From NCBI GenBank assembly GCA_965221125.1, contig CBDCRW010000005.1, positions 96,001 to 160,000 of the forward strand: a stretch of 64,000 bases of DNA. The letters are read 5' to 3'. The stretch is from Alphaproteobacteria bacterium. Lineage in GTDB: Bacteria > Pseudomonadota > Alphaproteobacteria > UBA828. This document shows positions 9,531 through 17,902 of the stretch, in pieces. The position numbers and the translations under genes are program-made. The notes under the pieces are model-generated. The model saw only the letters and a program-made list of their open reading frames with translations, had not been told where the DNA came from and searched no databases. Each line of letters begins with the position of its first letter. The first letter of the stretch is position 1.

Positions 9531-11297
9531 ATGAATATGACGACTGAAGAAGCTTTCGTGAAGGTGCTGCAGCGGCACGGGATCGAGCACGTGTTCGGGA
9601 TCATCGGCTCGGCCTTCATGCCGATCTCCGACCTCTTCCCCAAGGCCGGGATCACCTTCTGGGACGTGGCCCACGAGAGCAACGCGGGCTTCATGTGCGA
9701 CGGCTACACGCGGGCCACCGGCAAGATCGCCATGTGCATCGGCCAGAACGGCCCCGGCATCACCAATCTCGTGACCCCGGTGAAGACCGCGTACTGGAAC
9801 CACACCCCGCTGCTGCTGGTGACGCCGCAGGCGGCCAACAAGACCATCGGCCAGGGCGGCTTTCAGGAAGTGCCGCAGATGGCGCTGTTCGAGGAGATGG
9901 TCTGCTACCAGGAGGAGGTGCGCGACGCGTCACGCATGGCCGAGGTGCTGAACCGGGTGATCGAGAACGCGATCCGCCAGTCGGCGCCGGCGCAGATCAA
10001 CGTGCCGCGCGATCTGTGGACTCAGGAGGTTGATATCGAGCTGCCGCCGGTGGTGCACCTGGAGCGCGCGGCGGGCGGCGAGGCTTCGGTGGCGGAAGCC
10101 GCGCGGCTGCTGTCCGAGGCGCGCTTCCCGGTGATCCTCTCCGGCGGCGGCGTGGTGATCGGGGATGCGATCGGCGAGTGCCGGGCGCTGGCCGAGCGGC
10201 TCGACGCGCCGGTCTGCTCCGGCTACCAGCACAACGACAGCTTCCCCGGCTCGCACCCGCTTGCCGTGGGCCCGCTCGGCTACAACGGCTCCAAGGCCGC
10301 GATGGAGCTGATCGCGCAGGCCGACGTGGTGCTGGCATTGGGCACCCGCCTCAACCCGTTCTCGACGCTCCCCGGCTACGGCATCGACTACTGGCCGAAG
10401 GACGCGGCGATCATCCAGGTGGAGCTGAACCCGGACCGCATCGGGCTCACCAAGAAGGTCACGGTCGGCATCTGCGGCGATGCGAAGAAGGTGGCGCGGC
10501 AGCTCCGCGAGCAGCTCTCGGCCACGGCCGGCAACGCGGGCCGCGAGGAGCGCCGGGCGGCGATCCACCAGACCCGCTCGGCGTGGCTGCAGACCCTCGC
10601 CAGCATGGACCACGAGGACGACGACCCCGGCACCACGTGGAACGTGGACGCGCGCACGCGCGAGCCGGAGCGCATGTCGGCGCGGATGGCGTGGCGCGCG
10701 ATCCAGGACGGACTGCCGCCGGACGCCATCATCTCGTCCGACATCGGCAACAACTGCGCCATCGGCAACGCCTATCCCACCTTCGAGGAGGGCCGGAAGT
10801 ATCTCGCGCCCGGCCTGTTCGGCCCGTGCGGCTACGGCTTCCCCGCCATCCTCGGGGCCAAGATCGGGTGTGCGGACGTGCCTGTCGTCGGCTTCGCGGG
10901 CGACGGCGCCTTCGGCATCTCGATGAACGAGATGGTCTCGGTCGGGCGCGAGGGCTGGCCCGCGATCACCATGGTCGTCTTCCGCAACTACCAGTGGGGC
11001 GCAGAGAAGCGCAACTCGATCCTCTGGTACGACAACAACTTCGTCGGCACCGAACTCAATCCCGACCTGAGCTACGCGAAGGTGGCGGATGCCTGCGGGC
11101 TGAAGGGCGTCGCGGTGAGCACCATGGAGGAGCTGACGGCAGCACTCCGTGAGTCCTGCGAAGCGCAAGCCGACGGCGTCACCACTTTCATCGAGGTGAT
11201 CCTGAACCAGGAGCTGGGCGAGCCCTTCCGCCGCGACGCGATGAAGAAGCCCAACGTCGTCGCCGGCATCGACGGCGCCGACATGCGCCCGCAATAG
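9531..11297 (+). CDS. xsc: Sulfoacetaldehyde acetyltransferase
   Basis: 'MTTEEAFVKVLQRHGIEHVFGIIGSA', ThDP motif GDGAF...N, 'WGAEKRN' and C-terminal 'LNQELGEPFRRDAMKKP'. Confidence 0.97.
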   Translation: MNMTTEEAFVKVLQRHGIEHVFGIIGSAFMPISDLFPKAGITFWDVAHESNAGFMCDGYTRATGKIAMCIGQNGPGITNLVTPVKTAYWNHTPLLLVTPQAANKTIGQGGFQEVPQMALFEEMVCYQEEVRDASRMAEVLNRVIENAIRQSAPAQINVPRDLWTQEVDIELPPVVHLERAAGGEASVAEAARLLSEARFPVILSGGGVVIGDAIGECRALAERLDAPVCSGYQHNDSFPGSHPLAVGPLGYNGSKAAMELIAQADVVLALGTRLNPFSTLPGYGIDYWPKDAAIIQVELNPDRIGLTKKVTVGICGDAKKVARQLREQLSATAGNAGREERRAAIHQTRSAWLQTLASMDHEDDDPGTTWNVDARTREPERMSARMAWRAIQDGLPPDAIISSDIGNNCAIGNAYPTFEEGRKYLAPGLFGPCGYGFPAILGAKIGCADVPVVGFAGDGAFGISMNEMVSVGREGWPAITMVVFRNYQWGAEKRNSILWYDNNFVGTELNPDLSYAKVADACGLKGVAVSTMEELTAALRESCEAQADGVTTFIEVILNQELGEPFRRDAMKKPNVVAGIDGADMRPQ

Positions 11298-11385
11298 TGG
11301 ACATCGCGGACCGCCTCATCGCGCAAGCGAAGGAGCGTCGGCGCAGCGTCACCCTGCCGGAGTGCGATGAACCTAAATCCCATAG
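11297..11385 (+). pseudogene. pta: Truncated phosphate acetyltransferase, N-terminal ~27 aa only
   Basis: 'MDIADRLIAQAKERRRSVTLPECDEPK' resembles the Pta start (xxIVLPEGxDxR). It is coupled to the xsc stop, which is the usual xsc-pta order, and similarity ends abruptly. Confidence 0.65.
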
Positions 11386-11813
11386 ACGACTGACGGTGAC
11401 GTCGAGCCACGGGCGGCGCGATTGCGTCCCGGGTCGTGGCGCAAGAGGCTCGCGCCTTACGCGCGGCAATCAGCGGTGGAGCCCGGCCAATCCGGGATGC
11501 CCGTTGTTCGTGCCGAGGGGACGGCAGCGCGCTTTTTCACACTGTCCCGCCGGGCTACCCTGACGTCAGGCTGAAAGCATGCTTCGCCATGGCGACGGTG
11601 AAGCGAGCCGAAACTTGGGATGTCGTGCGCGCAGAGGTCGGACTGCGATTCCGCTACACGACCCAATCGGTGAACGCGATCATCTAGGCGACCTGAGACC
11701 GGCCGCGGCCCGAAGACAGGCGATGTCCCTGGAGGTGATTGACGAAGCCGCTTCCGCAATGCCGGGATCAGCGATTGTAGTATCCATCGACGTGGCACCG
11801 ACCGGACCGCATC

Positions 11814-12989
11814 ATGCTGACCTTCACCGAAGAGCTCGTCCTGCTGCTGAACGACGAGGACGGTGCGCCGCTGCCGATCCGGCAGGATATCGTGGCGTGT
11901 GCGCTCGCCGGCGCGGTGCTGATGGACCTGGCGTTCGCTTATCGGATCGATACCGACCTCAAGGCGCTCTTCGTCAACGACCGGACGGCGACCGGCAAGC
12001 CCACGCTCGACCGCATATTGGAGAGGATCGCGGCCCGTACCGAGGTCTGCGATACCAAGATGTGGATCGGCACGCTATCCGTCGAGGAGGCGCCCTCCAT
12101 TCACGAGCAGACCTTGGCGGGCCTCGTCGAGAGCGGAATCCTGACGCTGCGGGAGAGCAGGCTTCCGTGGATAAGGGCCCGGCGCTATCCGAGCAGCGAC
12201 GGCAAGACGGCGAAAGAGCTCCGCCAGCATGTCGCCAACGTGTTGACCTCCGACGAGATTCCCGACCCTCGCGATGTCGCCCTGATCTCCCTGTTGGACG
12301 CCTGCGAAATCCTCCCCGACATCTTCCCGAGACAGGAGATAGAGGATTTTCGTCCCCGGATCGCTCTCTTGCGCAAGATGGACCTGATCGGCCGTGAGGT
12401 CGCAGGCGCCATCGCCGAGATCGAGCGCTCGATCATTCAAGCGGTGCGCGTCCGAGCCGCGCAGTTCAAGAAGCTGCTGCTGATCCTCTCAATCGCCGCA
12501 GGTGTGGCCGCGTTCGCGACGCTTGTGGCCCCGAGGTTCCCGGTGGCGGATCGGTTCAGTGCCCTGTATTTCGAGCGCCTCTGGTTCGACGGCGGCTGGC
12601 AACTGTGGAGCGGCTTCGCGCTTCTCGGATTGAGCGGCGCCGGCGTCCTCGCGGTCCTGCTCCTGAAGCTGCGAGCGATTGCCCGCCTGGGCGGCTTCAA
12701 CTGGTGGCGGCTTGCTCATGTCGGGTTCGGCATCGCCTGCGTGCTCGCGCTCTTCGCGCATACCGGCTTTCGCTTCGGGACCAGTCTCAACGCGGCGCTG
12801 ATGGGCTGCTTCCTGGCCGTGCTGGTCCTCGGCGGCCTGGCCGGGGTCTGCACGAACGCAGCGGGTCAACTCAGAAAATGGGGGATCAAGCCCAAGCAGC
12901 GCATCATTCCGATGCGGGTGCATATCGTGGCCCTCGTTCCCCTGCCCGCTCTCCTGATCATCCACATCATCGCCGTCTACCTTTACTGA
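11814..12989 (+). CDS. GPP34 (GOLPH3/Vps74-like) domain fused to a cytochrome b-like membrane domain
   Basis: N-terminus 'MLTFTEELVLLLNDEDG...ALAGAVLMDLAFAYRIDTD...PDPRDVALISLLDAC'. The C-terminal ~5 TM helices carry two His pairs (WRLAH...LFAHTG; RVH...IIH). Confidence 0.8.
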   Translation: MLTFTEELVLLLNDEDGAPLPIRQDIVACALAGAVLMDLAFAYRIDTDLKALFVNDRTATGKPTLDRILERIAARTEVCDTKMWIGTLSVEEAPSIHEQTLAGLVESGILTLRESRLPWIRARRYPSSDGKTAKELRQHVANVLTSDEIPDPRDVALISLLDACEILPDIFPRQEIEDFRPRIALLRKMDLIGREVAGAIAEIERSIIQAVRVRAAQFKKLLLILSIAAGVAAFATLVAPRFPVADRFSALYFERLWFDGGWQLWSGFALLGLSGAGVLAVLLLKLRAIARLGGFNWWRLAHVGFGIACVLALFAHTGFRFGTSLNAALMGCFLAVLVLGGLAGVCTNAAGQLRKWGIKPKQRIIPMRVHIVALVPLPALLIIHIIAVYLY

Positions 12990-13001
12990 TGAGGCCGACA
13001 C

Positions 13002-14480
13002 GTGTCGCGCAAGTCGATCCTTCACGTCTGCTGGGTGCTGGCGACCCTGGCGGCGATCGGCGCGGTCACGGTGTGGATGACGGTGGGCGGCGATCGCGAA
13101 GTCTTGTTGATCGGCGCAACCACCGATGCCCATCACCAGTTCGAACTGGCGTGCGAGAGCTGCCACACCGCAGCGGTCTTCGCCAGCAGGAAGGCAGCGT
13201 TGAAGGGTCTGAACAAGGCCTGCCGGAACTGTCACGAGGACGATCTGAAGGACGCCGAGGACAGTCACCCGCGCAAGAAATTCCGCAATCCGAGGATGTC
13301 CGTCTACTGGGAGCCGCTCGATGGCCGGTCTTGCACGACCTGCCATGTCGAGCATCGCCCCGAGATCACCCGGAAGGGGGCGGTTACTGTCGCGATGGAT
13401 TTTTGCGAGGCGTGCCACGGCGAGGGCGATCAGGACGTGCGAATGGACCGCCCGACCCATGCGGGCTTGACCTTCAACACCTGTGCCTCGTCGGGTTGCC
13501 ACAACTATCACGACAACCGCGCGCTCTATGCGGACTTCCTGGTGAAGCACGCGGACCAGCCCTGGCTGGCTGCGGCACCTGTGCACGCGCTTGCGGCCCT
13601 GCACCGTTCGCAGAAACCGCTGGAAGAGACGGCGCTCGGGCGGGAAGACGCTCTCGCGCCGGCAGCGGCGCTCGCGGACGAAACGGCCCTCGATCACTGG
13701 GCTGGCTCGGGTCATGCGGCAGCGGGCGTGAACTGCGCGGGCTGCCACGCGCCGGAGGTGGCGTCAGGCGCGCCGCTCGCCGAGATCGAAGCCGGTTGGA
13801 CCGACGCGGCGCCGCTCACGGCCTGCAGGGACTGCCACAAGCAGGAAGCGAAGACCTTCGCGCTCGGTCGGCACGGCATGCGCCAGCACCCTGAGATCGC
13901 GCGGCCGCGGGATGCGTCGGCCACCGTCCTTGACGCCGTGCTGCCCGAGGGTGTCACGGAGTGGCTTTCCGACGCGCCTTATCCCGTGCTCATGACCGTG
14001 AAGGAGGCACGCATTCCGATGCGCGCCGATGCCGCCCACGAGTCCCTCGATTGCGGGACCTGCCACCAACCCCATGCGGTCGACGTCGAGCACGCCGCGG
14101 TGGAGGCCTGCATGTCCTGCCACGCCGACCTCCATACTCAGGCCTATGTCGGCAGCCCTCATCATGCGCTTTGGCAGGCGGAGCTGGCCGGCGACGCAGA
14201 GCCCGGCTCAGGGGTGAGCTGCGCAACCTGCCACATGTTCAAGGTGGAACGCCGGGGAACGATCTTCACCAGCCATCATCAGAACGACGGCCTGCGGCCG
14301 AGCGAGAAGATGATCCGGCCCGTCTGCCTCGATTGCCACGGTCTCGGCTTCGACATCGACGCGCTCGCGGACGAGGACCTGGTGGCCGGAAACTTCAGGG
14401 GACAGCCTGCGGTCCATGTCGAGAGTATCGACTGGGCGGTGCAGCATGCGACATCGGGCGTTCCGAACGATGAGCGTTGA
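13002..14480 (+). CDS. Membrane-anchored multiheme cytochrome c (10 CxxCH + 1 CX4CH)
   Basis: CESCH, CRNCH, CTTCH, CEACH, CASSGCH, CAGCH, CRDCH, CGTCH, CMSCH, CATCH and CLDCH, with an N-terminal TM/signal segment. Confidence 0.92.
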   Translation: MSRKSILHVCWVLATLAAIGAVTVWMTVGGDREVLLIGATTDAHHQFELACESCHTAAVFASRKAALKGLNKACRNCHEDDLKDAEDSHPRKKFRNPRMSVYWEPLDGRSCTTCHVEHRPEITRKGAVTVAMDFCEACHGEGDQDVRMDRPTHAGLTFNTCASSGCHNYHDNRALYADFLVKHADQPWLAAAPVHALAALHRSQKPLEETALGREDALAPAAALADETALDHWAGSGHAAAGVNCAGCHAPEVASGAPLAEIEAGWTDAAPLTACRDCHKQEAKTFALGRHGMRQHPEIARPRDASATVLDAVLPEGVTEWLSDAPYPVLMTVKEARIPMRADAAHESLDCGTCHQPHAVDVEHAAVEACMSCHADLHTQAYVGSPHHALWQAELAGDAEPGSGVSCATCHMFKVERRGTIFTSHHQNDGLRPSEKMIRPVCLDCHGLGFDIDALADEDLVAGNFRGQPAVHVESIDWAVQHATSGVPNDER

Positions 14481-14523
14481 GCGCTCGGCCGTGTGCCGAT
14501 TGAAACCTGGGAGGACAGGAGCC

Positions 14524-15093
14524 ATGCAACGAACATCGAGCCTGATTGCCGCGTTGGCGTTCGGCACGGCCACGACGCTGGCGGCGGCAACCGCAGCGGC
14601 GGACGATGTTTCTTACGAGCGGGTCGCCGACATGCTGTACACGGTGATGTCCGCGGACCGCGAGGTCTACACGAAGATGGTGATCCAGCGCCTCACCGTG
14701 GACGACAAGGTCATCACCGCGTCCGAGCACTTTCGGGATGATCTGGCCTTGCCGCTGCCGGCGCAGATGTTCCGCTTCGGCTCCGAGGCGGCGATGGATG
14801 CGACCGAGGACTTCTCCTATGCGCTGCTCTCGCTCCATCCCATCAATAGGAAGAACGGTCCTGGGACGGATCTGGAGAGGGAGGGCCTCGAATTCGTCGT
14901 CGACAATCCGGGCGAGAACTTCTACGGCGAAGAGGAGCTGGGCGGAGAGGAGTACTTCACCGCCATCTATCCCGACTACGCCGTCGCCGAGGCCTGCGCG
15001 CTCTGCCACAACGACCACAAGGATTCCCCTCGTCGAGACATCGAGGTCGGCGACGTTATGGGCGGCGTCGTCATCCGTATTCTGATGGATTGA
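14524..15093 (+). CDS. DUF3365/Tll0287-like periplasmic monoheme c protein
   Basis: Signal peptide, 'LPLPAQMFR', 'SLHPINRKNGP' and 'ACALCHNDHKDSPRRD...GDVMGGVVIRI'. Confidence 0.85.
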   Translation: MQRTSSLIAALAFGTATTLAAATAAADDVSYERVADMLYTVMSADREVYTKMVIQRLTVDDKVITASEHFRDDLALPLPAQMFRFGSEAAMDATEDFSYALLSLHPINRKNGPGTDLEREGLEFVVDNPGENFYGEEELGGEEYFTAIYPDYAVAEACALCHNDHKDSPRRDIEVGDVMGGVVIRILMD

Positions 15094-15407
15094 GGGGTTC
15101 CTGCTGACAGCCTCTCGGTGCCAGCACCATGCCACGCAGTGTTGCGGGGTGACTCGTCCCTCGCCCGAATCTCTCGCTGATCGGGATGGTCTCCAGCGGT
15201 ATCCCGCGGCGCGCACTTCTTGTGCCGTCCTGGGTGGGGTTCCGACCCATCCAAACGGTCATGGTCGCCGCAGTGTTGAGCCACCGGGTGGGATCTGCTT
15301 CACGGCAGACAATGGACGCCGTGCGCGCCGGAGGCGTCCTCATCGACGCGCTTCGCGCGGCGGTCCCGCCGGGCCAATTTGTCGCGAGGGAGGAAGAAAG
15401 TTTCATT

Positions 15408-15759
15408 ATGGCGAGGGTGACTCGGGCCGGTCTGACAAACGCTGTGCTTGACGAGGCCGAACTGCCGGATCGCGATGCGAGGTCTCTCGTGGATACCGTG
15501 ATCGATATGGTGGCAGAGCGGCTGACAGCGGGGGAGACGGTGATGATCTCCGGCTTCCGGCACCTTCATCGCGCGCGACAAGGCCGCGAGGATGGGTCGT
15601 AACCCGAAGACCGGCGAGGCGGCGGCGATCTCGGTGCATCGGGTGGTGGTGTTTCGCGCCTCGCAGATTCTGAAACAGCGGGTCGCCTCGGCCATGCGGG
15701 ACGCGGCCGGCAGCGGCCCGAACACTCGGGACAGACCGGGCGTCGGGCAAGGCGGGTGA
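15408..15759 (+). pseudogene. IHF-alpha/HU-family DNA-binding protein, frameshifted
   Basis: 'MARVTRAGL...GETVMISGF', then one extra C at ~15557 (TTCCGGCACC). The next frame continues '[20 protein letters not shown]...[14 protein letters not shown]'. Confidence 0.85.
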
Positions 15760-15947
15760 CCGCGGGGATCCATGATCCGATGGGGCAACGCCGAAGGCGC
15801 GGGCTCGGGCGGCGCGGCCAAGCGCCTCGCATCCATAAAGGGTGCCGAGGCCGACCGGCGGATGCGCCTATCGTATAGAGGCGCCGCGCCGGCCGCAGCG
15901 GCCGCCGCGACGGTCGCAGCCACTTGAGTGTTCGCAGAGACTCAGCC

Positions 15948-16196
15948 TCAGTGCGGGCCGGTGGCTTTCCGGACCCGCGCGGCGAAGGCGATCCAGGAGT
16001 CCCGGTCGTGCCCGAGACGCCGGTTCATGCCGTCGCACAGATTGAGGGCGTTATCCAGCGTCAACGCGATCAACGTGGTGGGAATGACCTTGTCAAGACT
16101 GTCGACCGCGATGACGATGCGGTACATGCCGTCCCCGGGCAGCTCCTCGGGGCAGAACACGTAGTCCGGATTGTCCGGCAGCGCTTGAACGGTCAT
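15948..16196 (-). CDS. Hypothetical protein (82 aa)
   Basis: GGAG RBS and protein-like composition 'MTVQALPDNPDYVFCPEELPGDGMYRIVIAVDS'. Confidence 0.55.
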   Translation of the reverse strand: MTVQALPDNPDYVFCPEELPGDGMYRIVIAVDSLDKVIPTTLIALTLDNALNLCDGMNRRLGHDRDSWIAFAARVRKATGPH

Positions 16197-16321
16197 GGGA
16201 ATTCTCCGCTGTTGCGTCGATGCCAGCTTACCCGCCGGCCCGCCCGCGTGCGCTGCCGGGTCGGCGGGTCGGTTCGGGAGGACAAGATCCGGGGGGCGAG
16301 CCCGCCGGGATAGCGGCGAGC

Positions 16322-17029
16322 CTATCGGTCCCTTGCGGAGATTCTCACCAGGCAGCTGTGGGCAGTGGTGACGACCTCCACCTGCGGACCGCAGGACTGC
16401 AACAGGGACTTCAGTTTCTTCTTGCCGAACTTCGACGGCTCGAAGCCGGGCTCGACCTCGCGCAGGCTCACGCCCACCAAGCCGATATCGACCCACCCGT
16501 CGTTCTTGTCGAGCGAGGCCATGGCAGCGACCAGCAGCGAGACGAAGTCGTCGCGACGCTCGATCTCCGTGCATGAGACTGCAGCGGGCATTTCGGCGCC
16601 GGACGCCCCTTCGAGGAACGCGAACTCATCGCATGCCTCGACGAACGCCCTCGGCGTCTTGCGCTCGCCCATGCCGACGACATGGCGACCGCTCTGGCGC
16701 AGGCGGATCGCGAGCGGCGCGAAGTCGCTGTCGCTCGAGACCAGGCAGAAGCCCTCGATCCTGGTGTCGTGCAAGAGGTCCATCGCTGCGATGGTCAGCT
16801 CGATGTCGGCTGCATTTCGACCGCCGGCCTGCGGTGTGCGATCAGCCGTGTGAAAGGCGTAGCGCACAAGGGCCTTGTCCCACCCGGCAGATACCACCGT
16901 GCCGAATGCGCGGCGAATCTCGACCCTGCCGTGCTTCGCAGCCTCCGAAAGGATGAGCGGCGCCAGCGCCGGGGAGACGTTCTCGGCATCCACCAGGACG
17001 GCGAGCTGTCGTCGGGCCATGTCGGTCAT
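16322..17029 (-). CDS. NYN-domain protein with C-terminal OST-HTH/LOTUS domain
   Basis: 'LAVLVDAENV', 'NAADIELTIAAMDLL', 'LVSSDSDFAPLA' and C-terminal 'GWVDIGLVG...PGFEPSKFGKKKL'. Confidence 0.92.
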   Translation of the reverse strand: MTDMARRQLAVLVDAENVSPALAPLILSEAAKHGRVEIRRAFGTVVSAGWDKALVRYAFHTADRTPQAGGRNAADIELTIAAMDLLHDTRIEGFCLVSSDSDFAPLAIRLRQSGRHVVGMGERKTPRAFVEACDEFAFLEGASGAEMPAAVSCTEIERRDDFVSLLVAAMASLDKNDGWVDIGLVGVSLREVEPGFEPSKFGKKKLKSLLQSCGPQVEVVTTAHSCLVRISARDR

Positions 17030-17084
17030 CGTGGAGAACGTGTGTTGCTCGCCATGACGCCCAACTTCTCCCTCGCTGCGCCGG

Positions 17085-17360
17085 TCACCGGTAGAACTCG
17101 ACGTAGAACCGTACCCTTCCCATCGGCTCGACTTCGTGCTCGACCTCCGGCTCGACGACGCCGGGGTGGTCGGGGTTCAGGATCAACTCCTCCGCCGGCG
17201 ACCGGAGGATACGATAGAGAAGCCTTCCGTCGAGTACCACGATCAGGCCCCAGGTCCCTGCCCTTGTGCGATGCGATCTCCTGAGACCCGGCGACACCGT
17301 CTCCTCGGTGAACTCCGGGGTACGCCGGTAAAGGCGGACAATGGCAGGGAGGGATTTCAT
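17085..17360 (-). CDS. DUF1971 (TehB N-terminal/YeaR-like cupin) protein
   Basis: 'YRRTPEFTEETVSPGLRRSHRTRAGTWGLIVVLDGRLLY...HEVEPMGRVRFYVEFYR'. Confidence 0.85.
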   Translation of the reverse strand: MKSLPAIVRLYRRTPEFTEETVSPGLRRSHRTRAGTWGLIVVLDGRLLYRILRSPAEELILNPDHPGVVEPEVEHEVEPMGRVRFYVEFYR

Positions 17361-17389
17361 CGGCCAAACCACCGATCACGGAGACGGCA

Positions 17390-17790
17390 AGGCCCACCGA
17401 CCCCCGGCTGCATCGGGATCGCCCGCAGCAACGTCGTCGGGGCGCCGTCGGCCCAACGCGTTCCCGGCTCCCACTTCCGGCAGCCGGTCAGGCTCCTGCT
17501 CATCAGGGGCGCAATCTGGGCCCGTGTGAGCTGCAGCTTCTCGCGCACCTCGCGCGAGGTGGCGGCCGCAATGAACGGCGGCGGCACCTTCGCCCCCAGC
17601 GTTAGGGCAGCGCCTCGTCAAGGGACTGAATCGTGTCTTCCCAGGACATGCTCATGATCTTTGCGGCGCCCATGATCGACGCGACGATGGCTGCCATTCC
17701 GCGGCGCGGCAAGGGGCTCAAGTCGGTCCTGGCGGATTTGGCACAGGCGCGCGGCGCATAGAACGGCACCCTGTGCGTTCGCACGATGAT
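17390..17790 (-). pseudogene. Decayed HigB/RelE-HigA toxin-antitoxin pair
   Basis: Toxin-tail-like 'CAKSARTDLSPLPRRGMAAIVASI'. The antitoxin start 'MSWEDTIQSLDEAL' ends in a stop, followed by an out-of-frame HTH 'EVREKLQLTRAQIAPLM...RKWEPGTR...TTLLRAI'. Confidence 0.55.
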
Positions 17791-17902
17791 AGGGAAAATC
17801 AATGGCGCCGACACCAGGTATTGGTGGCGACGATTGCGGGCCACGAGCGAGCAAACGTAGAATTTCGACAGGCTCGATTCTCTGCAGGAAGTTGTGCGCA
17901 CC

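Noticed and set aside
11560-11790. Possible IS remnant between the pta stub and the GPP34 gene
   Set aside because: Only vague similarity ('RRQAMSLEVIDEAA'); no IR, TSD or catalytic motif was found.
13002-14480. NrfA nitrite reductase
   Set aside because: No CxxCK motif, and 11 rather than 5 heme sites.
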